Shown here in pieces: positions 11,501-19,747 of a DNA stretch of 64,000 nt. Positions within the stretch are counted from its first letter, which is position 1. The number at the start of each line of letters is the position of its first letter. The notes beneath the pieces were generated by a model that saw nothing but the letters and a program-made list of their open reading frames with translations, made no database searches and had not been told where the DNA came from. Both the position numbers and the translations under genes were made by a program. Source of the DNA: Dudresnaya verticillata (lineage: Eukaryota); contig OZ374563.1 in NCBI GenBank assembly GCA_977862235.1, forward strand, positions 372,001 to 436,000, given 5' to 3'.

Positions 11501-12242
11501 ACCGGCGCCTAGGTAAGCGCACCGATGGGACGTACAGAACACCCCTCGAAGTCATGACCGGAATACTACCCAATCGCATCAACTTTGTGGTGCGACACCA
11601 AGAAGAGACAGAAACATTCCCGATAAGTCAAGTCCGCGTGCATCAACTCATTAACATCAATAAGTTGCAGAATGTTTTAGAAGACACGTACCGCGACGTG
11701 GCTAATAATGTCTCCAATAATAGGAAGAGGCAGATAGCGCATCACAACCAGAAGACAAACCTGGTTACGCCTAGCTTCACAATTGGGGATTTTGTTCTAG
11801 TGCGAAGAGCGCAGAATAAGGGACACAAAATGATATTCCGATGGGTGGGTCCGCGCCGAATTTCAAGGAATATTGGTGACATGGTTTATAAAGTAACCGC
11901 GATCATGGATAACAAGACTGAAATTGTTCACGCCGCTAGGCTACTACTCTACAAAGCCAGATTGGATGGCGCTCCTGTTTCTAAAAATCTGATGAAGCAA
12001 GCCGAACATATCGAGACTAAGTTTGAGATGGTCGAGAAATTGCTGGATATCGGCGAAGCGTCCGACGGAATTTCTTTCAAGTGCAGTGGTAAGGACAGCC
12101 TGATGCTACTGACTGGACGTGGCAGTCGCTGCAGCAAATGTATCAAGATATTCCGCAACGCGTAGAAAGCTTCCTATGGAAAACACATAAGAAGCGTCTT
12201 GCAAAAAAGTCACTCAAAGCACTTGGCATTAAGGAGAAGTAA
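8573..12242 (+). pseudogene. pol: Gypsy pol (protease, RT, RNase H, integrase, chromodomain), disrupted
   Basis: PR: ADGGSDINL. RT: WASPPLLVPK...DFCAGYWQ...WLDD. RH: YTDASD...TDHRNL. IN: H-H-C-C, HFDF, SDQGSHF, WVGP. Chromo: VEKLLD...FQVQW*G...DWTW. Lesions: frameshift ~9355, TAG 10636, frameshift ~12072, TAA ~12090. Confidence 0.92.
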
Positions 12243-12279
12243 TACTCACTAGGACTCCGCCCTAGCAAGTATGGGGCCA

Positions 12280-12794
12280 TGTAGAGAACCGTCGCCAAGT
12301 GGCACTACAGGCTTGAACCGTTGCCAAGTGGCACTACAGGCTTGAACCGTTACCAAGTAACACTACAGGCTTACTAGCTTGAAGCTTTTGTTATGGAATT
12401 TAGAATTGTCAGCTCTACTCTAATCCAAGAAGATGTTCCGTTGCAGGAACAACTTCTTCCGTTGAAGACGTAACATCTTCAAGCCTGTCCCCGGAGATAG
12501 ATGTTTTGAACTACCATGTCCCCGGGGGTAATTGTTCTGAGGGCATGGCGGTTTGGGCTACTGTAGAAGATACCGTTTACGAATAGAACAGCTACTTTAT
12601 CCATACCGTTTAGAATCAGCAGTAGTGCTGTTCTTTATCAAACGCATAGAGTAGGCTCGGAGCTTTGGAGCAAGCGGCTCCGTAATAGAATATAAAAGCT
12701 CCGCCCTTTTCTCTCTCGAGGAAGAAAGGGCAGAGGTCTTCGCATTGAGCACAAACAAGACAGCACCCAACAAGTCAAGGAGGAAGTGTTTATA
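12280..12794 (+). repeat. 3' LTR of the Gypsy element
   Basis: Direct repeat of 6794-7308, preceded by a short purine-rich stretch (AAGTATGGGG). Confidence 0.95.
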
Positions 12795-12978
12795 GTAGAG
12801 TGCTAATTCCCGAATCTACCCACTGTCCCAGCGGAACGAACTCTATAATTTGCTGCACAAGCAAACAAGCAGCTGGCTACTCCAAAACTACCGAACCGCG
12901 GTCTTCCAAGATAACACTGCCACTTCCGAACATGTCCAGCGCCTCTTCTTCTTCAACCAAACGGCCCAGCCTCACCAT

Positions 12979-13374
12979 TCAGATTGACTTTCCGTCCTTC
13001 CCGGCTTTCACGACAGCCTGCGTATTATTCAATTGCATCCAAGCAGCCGCAGCAATGAGCCCGAACAAGCCCAGCGTGAAGAGCGCGCGGCACCACGGGT
13101 CCATCACGCTGTACAGAATGACAAACCCGGTGTAGAGGATGCCGGTGCCCGCCAGGCACACGTTGCGGCGGTGCCGCAAGTCGTCCATGACCAGCTTGAG
13201 CTGCAGCTTCTGCAGCTCGTGTGTGCGATTGGTGTCACTCTCGCGCTGCTGTGCGTCCGCGCGAGTGCTGAGGTAGTCCAGCACAACCGGAGCCGTGTTG
13301 AACGCCCCGGTCATCGCCACCATCGCCGGGCTTCCACCGCCTATAAGCGCGACCGCCTTCATGAGGACGTTCAT
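12979..13374 (-). CDS. Small unknown membrane protein (paralog of 14021-14584)
   Basis: From ATG 13374 (MNVLMKAVAL): hydrophobic segment, charged helix, two hydrophobic helices. Aligns without gaps to the divergent neighbour. Confidence 0.7.
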   Translation of the reverse strand: MNVLMKAVALIGGGSPAMVAMTGAFNTAPVVLDYLSTRADAQQRESDTNRTHELQKLQLKLVMDDLRHRRNVCLAGTGILYTGFVILYSVMDPWCRALFTLGLFGLIAAAAWMQLNNTQAVVKAGKDGKSI

Positions 13375-13961
13375 GGTTTCGAGTGTGGAGGAGAGCAGCG
13401 GGTCTGCGCGCGCTGGGAGATGATGTTGCGGCGCAGGGCAGACTTGCGCCGGTGCTTCGCTGCGACTGCGGCTCGCATTCTTAAAGAGGCGTTCCTCGGT
13501 GCGCGATGCGCGATGCAAGTGTGATTGGCACAGAGTGGGTGTGCCACGCTGCACACAGGCAGCGATAAGCTCACTGCGGTCGACTTCATCTGTAACATTA
13601 CGTTCGAATGGGCTGTCTGTTGCGAGACTCGTGGGTCACGTGGGCCCGAAATTTTGCATTGTGCGAGTACACTGCTGGCAGCCGAAGTGCGGCTGCCACA
13701 GAGAATGGAGCACCACCGCAATTGTCCAATTGTACAGAGCTTCACAGAGTTTACGACATCTGAAAGGTCAACATCGACGGTGCTTTCGGTGGCACTGACT
13801 GTGTAAAGTGCCAACAATAGATAGATTTGCGCATTCGGTTGCGAGCAAATGCAGCTGTATCCTCTGACCGGGTGTCCTCCAACTCCGCACGTAAACTGAG
13901 CGGATCCCACGTGTGCTGGCGAAAGCGCCAGCTCTACTTAAACCGCCGCACTAACAGCTCT

Positions 13962-14013
13962 CAAACCGTCACCTGCCACATCGGCAAACCGTCACCTGCT
14001 ACATCGGCAAACC
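13962..14013 (+). repeat. 23-bp tandem duplication just upstream of ATG 14021
   Basis: CAAACCGTCACCTGC(C/T)ACATCGG twice, then CAAACC. Confidence 0.85.
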
Positions 14014-14020
14014 ATCAGCC

Positions 14021-14584
14021 ATGCCTTCCGAGGACATCGTATCAGGCGCCAGTTCTGCCGACCAAGTTTCAAAAACCTTTTGGAAAGCAGTTGTCGATCG
14101 CCTTTTCAATCGAGGCAATTCCGTCCCTAACAAACCAGGTCACGCTTCCCCAGAACGCAACATGCCCAAAACAGATTCTAGTGGCGTCGAGCAAGGCCCT
14201 CATGACGACTCTAAAGCAACTCTTCTGTTCAGCTGTTTGTTTCTCGCCTTCCAGGCAATCCCGGCAATTACCGGCTACTTTGACAAGGCAGATGAGCGCG
14301 AAAAGGAAGACCGACAACAAGAGCGTCATCACCAGGAGCGCATGCAGTATATGCGCATATCAATGGAAAACGCTTCTCACGTACGCACGTTATGTGCCGT
14401 TGCAGCTTCTGTCATATTTGTCAGTCTTATCGTCATGTACTCTGTGGTGGATGTGGCGACAAGGATTGCTCTCTCGGCAATTCTTGGGGTGCTGCTCATC
14501 AGAGTTGCTTGGCCGCATTTTGCGTCAGGCTCTCATTCTTCCTCTAGCGACAAAGGCCAATATATGAACAAGAAGGTCGATTAG
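14021..14584 (+). CDS. Small unknown membrane protein (paralog of 12979-13374)
   Basis: 187-aa ORF with the same hydrophobic-charged helix-2TM layout and shared residues (AF..P..Y, R.H, H.R..C, YSV.D..R, AW). Confidence 0.7.
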   Translation: MPSEDIVSGASSADQVSKTFWKAVVDRLFNRGNSVPNKPGHASPERNMPKTDSSGVEQGPHDDSKATLLFSCLFLAFQAIPAITGYFDKADEREKEDRQQERHHQERMQYMRISMENASHVRTLCAVAASVIFVSLIVMYSVVDVATRIALSAILGVLLIRVAWPHFASGSHSSSSDKGQYMNKKVD

Positions 14585-15500
14585 GAGATATTGTGACATT
14601 TGAGTACAAGTAAGAGTACGTGATGGGAGAAGGTCTTCTCGTTCACCTGAAACATGACGAGAGGTCTTTGCAATGTTTAAAGGTCCAACATTTCTTGGTC
14701 GCTTACCATCAAAGTACCCTCGTCTATAATATTTCCTATGCTGCTGTTCTAAAACGGAAGCGTGTTTCTCGTTCATGGTTGCAATCAGTTATAGTAAAAA
14801 CCGAGGCAAACGGGAGTTCAAAGCCGGCGTTTAAAAGCAGCCTTTGTAGTCGAACGAATCAATCAAGGAAAACAGTTTAATGTACGTCCAAATCTTGCAG
14901 GCTAAAACCTTTTTTGAACAAAGTCCTCTTCCTCTACAGGTGCCCCGCCAAGAGGAGAAATGTGCGTGCCCAGAAGAGACCTTGATTATGCCCAACTAAG
15001 TCTAACGTCTCTCCCAGTGTAAGAATGCTTTCTATCATGCAAGCTAGGCACGAAATACAACAAAAAGCTTTTGATACCTTCGATAGTTTAGAGAGCGCGG
15101 AACCAGAAAAGGTATACTTACTAGAGATGATCACATAGTAAAGCCGCAGTTTGAGCACTTGAGCTTGCCCATGTACATCCAAGCGTAGAGCAGAGCACAC
15201 ACCGAAATTGATTCTGGCTCCGTTTTGGAAGCACCAAGGTCGCCGTCCTTGTTGCCATGTCGGACCACGGAAATGTTTGCCATTGGTTCACCACAGTGCC
15301 GTTCTGACGCCTTTTTGCGTCCCCTGTTAGATTCGTCGCTCCCCAGAAAAGCGTGAAAAGCTCAACGGCATCTCCTTCCTAAACCCAGCAGGGGACAGGC
15401 CGAGACCGAACGCTCCCAGAGCCGGGCTAGACAGGAGCGCACCTCTTCTCGTTTGCACCGTGCCTTTCACTGCTAGCAGAAACGGGTATCGCGCGCGGAA

Positions 15501-18398
15501 ATGTTGTCATGGCTACGCTCGGTAGCAGACAGCGCCCAAGCAGCTTCCGCGGGCCTCGCGTGTCAGGTGGCTTCCTCCTATCACTTCGGAACAGGCGGCT
15601 TCCCAAAAGACCTTGTACGCGCAAAGAAAGAATATGAGCAAGCAGTGAAAGGCGGAAATGTCAACGCGATGGTTCTCTTGGGATTCCTTCTCGAGAAAGG
15701 CGGTGAAGGGGTTCCCAGGGATATCGCGCGTGCCAAGTCTTTGTATGAGATGGCCGCCGATCGTGGCAATGAAGTTGCAGCCAATAATTTAGGAATGATG
15801 TTCTACAAGGGCCATGAAGGGGGTGCGGCTAAGGACTTGCCGCGCGCCAAGGCCCTTCTTGAGCGCGCAGTAGGCCTCGGCAATGAAAAAGCGGGCTTCA
15901 ACTTAGCCGTGCTGCTTGACAACGGCGGTGAAGGAATAGCCAAGGATTCCGTGCGTGCCAAGGCTCTATACGAGCGGGCAGTGGAAGGTGGTGATGGAGA
16001 CGCTATGGTTTCCTTAGGCTCCCTCCTCAAGACGGGCAGGGAAGGTGTGCCCAAAGACATCGCAAGGGCCAAGACTTTGTATGAGATGGCGGCCGAGCGG
16101 GGCAATAGAGTTGCAACCAATAATTTAGGAATGATGTTCTACGAGGGCCATGAAGGGGTTGTGGCTAGGGACGTACTGCGTGCCAAGGCCCTTCTTGAGC
16201 GCGCAGTAGATGCTGGAGAAGAAAATGCGGTCCTCAACTTAGCCGCACTGCTTGACAAAGGCGGTGAAGGAATAGCCAAGGATTCCGTGCGTGCCAAGGC
16301 TCTATTCGAGCGGGCAGTGGAAGGCGGTGATGGAGACGCTATGGTTCTCTTAGGCTCCCTCCTCAAGACGGGCAGGGAAGGTGTGCCCAAAGATATCTCA
16401 CGTGCCAAGACTTTGTATGAGATGGCCGCTGATCGCGGCAATGACGTTGCGATTAATAACTTAGGAGTCATGTTTTTCGAGGGCCATGAAGGGATTGTGG
16501 ATAGGGACTTGCCGCGCGCCAAGGCCCTTCTTGAGCGAGCGGCAGATGCTGGCCATCAAAATGCAATCTTTAGCTTGGCAGTGTTGCTTGAAAAAGGTGA
16601 TGAAGGTGTTGAACCGGATCAGACGCGGGCAAAAGCGCTATATGAGCGCTCGGTGAAGGGCGGGAATGTCTCTGCGATGGTCAATTTAGCCTGTCTACTC
16701 GAACGTGGTGGAGAATGTTTCTTGGCTGACAGGAAGCGTGCAGTGGACTTATACCGACAGGCCGCCAGTCGCGGAAACGAGACGGCGAACGAGAAGCTCA
16801 AAAGCTACTCGATGGAAACGGCATTCTCCTTGGCCCTTGACTACCCCGACGTCCTGGACGAGTCGTTCATTGTGCAGTTTGCTCACCCGGAAAAAGTCCG
16901 ATCTGCTGAGGATCTTCTAGCCGGGCACAACATGATCCTACTGGCCATCCGTATTGGTGTTTTGACCCGACTGAACATCCACACCATTGGAGGCCACAGG
17001 GGGTACCTTGAGGGTAATTTGTACCTGCCTGCAAGGAAGCTGGCGAAAAAGAACGCTTCATTGGTCGAAACAGTTTTGCAGCACGCGGAGAACCTAGGAA
17101 TTATCGACAGTGGTTGTACAAAGAGTGTTGCGAGGGATAGGCATACAGACGCAGTGGATGAAAAGAAAAGAACATTGGGTGTTGTAAGGGTGCTGGCAAC
17201 AAGAATAAGTGCAGTAGGATCCAGGGCCAGCACATCGGAAGGCCAGGCTGTTGCAAGTACAGACAAGATTCAGGAGCTGTATCGGTCATTCCAAACGCTA
17301 CTTGGCGGCCAAGGAGATCCATGCGGTGCGCCGAGTTCAACAGTCCCCAGCTTAACAGGAGACCTCACACAGCTGCACATCTCACTTCGAAAACAAGATC
17401 GCAGGCTTATGCTCGCTTCATTGACGCGGTCTCTGTTATCTCTTATTCTGTCTGTGGGTGACACAGATGATAGTACTACGTATATGATCTCAACACCGCG
17501 CGAAAGTCGCTCTGTGAATAGCACCACGATGAAGCTAGCGGAAGGAAGAAATGAACTGAAATACGCTATTGACGAGCCTTTCGTTGATCTGAGCAATTTC
17601 CAAGTAGCCAAATGTGCATTCTCCGAGGCCGCTCTTTCGAAGCTGGAAAACTCAACGCAGGAAATGATAAGGTCGTACATCCAACGGAGTGCGTTTAAGA
17701 GCACAGAGGAGTTGCAGAAATTCTTACGTCTCCAAGCAGGAAGGACAGCAGGAACACGCCCTGTCATTTCAATGCAGGACCTTGGCTCGCCAGAGTGGAT
17801 ATCAGGGGAAAGTCAGACGCAGGCGTCAGCAAGCTCGATACCAGGACCGGCAGAAACAGGCGAGAACGTCTGTGACGACGATTTGTTAGAGCACAAGTTG
17901 TTCAGGTCGTTCACTGTTGAAGGCAGAGAAAGTACGATTGAGGTGGCCGCAGCAGGAACCACGATTAATCGTCTGCTAGTTGAAGAGGGTCTTTCCGAAG
18001 TCTCGTCAGAAAAGCTCGAGGAGCTATTTTTTGAGCTGGCCGACGAAGAGGCGGAAGTGGTGACGGAGGAGGTTTTTGTTGGCATGGTTCGCACATTACG
18101 TCAAGAGCAGAATAGAGCTGGACGGCATGCAAAAATTGAAGACGAATGTCGAGTGCGATTCCGAAAGAGAAGCTGCAGTCGTTCACAGCTTAGCATCAAA
18201 TTGAGCGCTCGTATGCTCCGAAATTTTCTACATGATATGGAGGGACAGGGAATGTTGAGAAGCTTGCCTGAACATACGCAAGATACAGCGCAGCTGGAAC
18301 AACAGTTGCGAATGCATGACGAAGACGGCGATGGATATGTTCACGAGGGGGAGACTATGGCTACCCTACAGAAGCTAATGGATGCCGACACTGTGTAG
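15501..18398 (+). CDS. Sel1-like repeat protein with conserved central domain and EF-hand-like C-terminus (965 aa)
   Basis: About 11 SLRs (A..LG.....G.EG..KD..RAK.LYE.A). Central block shared with 19748-22702. Canonical-looking EF-hand loop DEDGDGYVHEGE near the C-terminus. Confidence 0.9.
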   Translation: MLSWLRSVADSAQAASAGLACQVASSYHFGTGGFPKDLVRAKKEYEQAVKGGNVNAMVLLGFLLEKGGEGVPRDIARAKSLYEMAADRGNEVAANNLGMMFYKGHEGGAAKDLPRAKALLERAVGLGNEKAGFNLAVLLDNGGEGIAKDSVRAKALYERAVEGGDGDAMVSLGSLLKTGREGVPKDIARAKTLYEMAAERGNRVATNNLGMMFYEGHEGVVARDVLRAKALLERAVDAGEENAVLNLAALLDKGGEGIAKDSVRAKALFERAVEGGDGDAMVLLGSLLKTGREGVPKDISRAKTLYEMAADRGNDVAINNLGVMFFEGHEGIVDRDLPRAKALLERAADAGHQNAIFSLAVLLEKGDEGVEPDQTRAKALYERSVKGGNVSAMVNLACLLERGGECFLADRKRAVDLYRQAASRGNETANEKLKSYSMETAFSLALDYPDVLDESFIVQFAHPEKVRSAEDLLAGHNMILLAIRIGVLTRLNIHTIGGHRGYLEGNLYLPARKLAKKNASLVETVLQHAENLGIIDSGCTKSVARDRHTDAVDEKKRTLGVVRVLATRISAVGSRASTSEGQAVASTDKIQELYRSFQTLLGGQGDPCGAPSSTVPSLTGDLTQLHISLRKQDRRLMLASLTRSLLSLILSVGDTDDSTTYMISTPRESRSVNSTTMKLAEGRNELKYAIDEPFVDLSNFQVAKCAFSEAALSKLENSTQEMIRSYIQRSAFKSTEELQKFLRLQAGRTAGTRPVISMQDLGSPEWISGESQTQASASSIPGPAETGENVCDDDLLEHKLFRSFTVEGRESTIEVAAAGTTINRLLVEEGLSEVSSEKLEELFFELADEEAEVVTEEVFVGMVRTLRQEQNRAGRHAKIEDECRVRFRKRSCSRSQLSIKLSARMLRNFLHDMEGQGMLRSLPEHTQDTAQLEQQLRMHDEDGDGYVHEGETMATLQKLMDADTV

Positions 18399-19747
18399 TA
18401 GAATACTTACCGGTTTTAAAGTGTACAATACCCTTCGTTTAGTGGCTGCAGTCTTTGCCAGAGGTTGGCTAAAGTTGTAGCACGTCCGGGGGAGTGTGGT
18501 GAGGCCTAGGATATTACAGAAGAGGAACTTCATTCTGTACATGAGTGGGAGCTGTACGAAGCTCCCAAGGGTAGCTACCAACCTCGGGAGCAGGATATGT
18601 ACTAGCCCCCGCAGTTTCTTGCAGTAGCTCGTGCAGGGTTATGGGTCAAAGTTCAGTGAAGAGCTGACCGGTACAAGAGCAACGGCAAGCCCCTTCGGGG
18701 GGTTGCAATTGACAAATGCCACTACGACTGTGCCTCTTCGGAAGTGAAGCGGCGTTGATCCGCAGCGATTGGATGCATTTCGACGCCTCGGGCCTATGGA
18801 GGCGGAATGATGCGCCAATCCACCACCAATTGGCAGCAATGCTAAGATATTTCGTGGCCCAGTGTACGCCGCCCCGTGGGGGTATTTGCTCGGCCGTTAC
18901 ACGTCGCGCGGGACATCGCGGAGCGCGCCTGCAATGCTGCTCCGAGATTCGACCCAGGACTCGCCATCCAAGGGCTCTTGTCTACGGTAGCTCCACTGCC
19001 AACAAGCACACGCCCTAATCCCACGTTGGGCCAATCTGCACAACGTTCAAGGTTCGATCCATGCTTGCCTAAGGGCGCTTTGGCAGATTGGATATGCCGA
19101 GGTGCCGACTGCAACAAGCAGTTCAACCGCACAGTACAGTACAATTTTATTCCACCCGGCCCCATGTCGCCTTACCCTGCGATAAAGTTACGGAAGTCTA
19201 AGGATGCCAAGAGTCCCACACAAACCCAAGCTAGATGCCAAACGGTATAAATTGTCCCTTCGCGTTTCTGTAGCACCGGTTGTCTTGCGGTGGGTGTATT
19301 GTGTGTATTCCGCAGCCTAAGAAATGGTATTCCACCCTTTGTCACTTAAACTGAAGACTGTCAACCGGGAGGCAGCATGCATCAAGCAACTCCTACAAAT
19401 GATTCCAATAATGTTTATAAACGGTTATTACCTTAATTGCGGGGGTATTTCCATGCAGCCTACCAGGGTCCACCGGACTCCAAAAAAGTCCTACGGCCCA
19501 AACTTGCATATGGGGTTTGTTCAACAATGCAACTGAATTCGCTTCTTCCCTGTCGAAACTGAACAGGCTGAAAGAGCTAGTCTCGGTTTTTCTACTATCT
19601 ATATCCACTGCCTCTCGCACCCGAATCGTTCTGTCGACGTCTACCCTTGCGCGAAGAACACTCACGTAAAGCATAAACTCTCCGAAAGAATTTCCTGATG
19701 CCTTTCGGAAGTCTGTATATTAAAGCGTCGAGGCCGTAGCATCTCTC

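Larger units (their letters stand above)
6794..12794 (+). mobile_element. Full-length Ty3/Gypsy LTR retrotransposon with chromodomain integrase, ORFs disrupted
   Basis: 515-bp direct LTRs at 6794-7308 and 12280-12794 (3 mismatches counted by eye). 4-bp TSD GTAG (6790-6793 / 12795-12798). Domain order gag-PR-RT-RH-IN-chromo. Confidence 0.96.

Noticed and set aside
18685..18706. GCAAGCCCC-TTCG-GGGGGTTGC hairpin between the convergent Sel1 genes
   Set aside because: A single short stem-loop with no other ncRNA hallmarks; bacterial-type terminators are not expected here.
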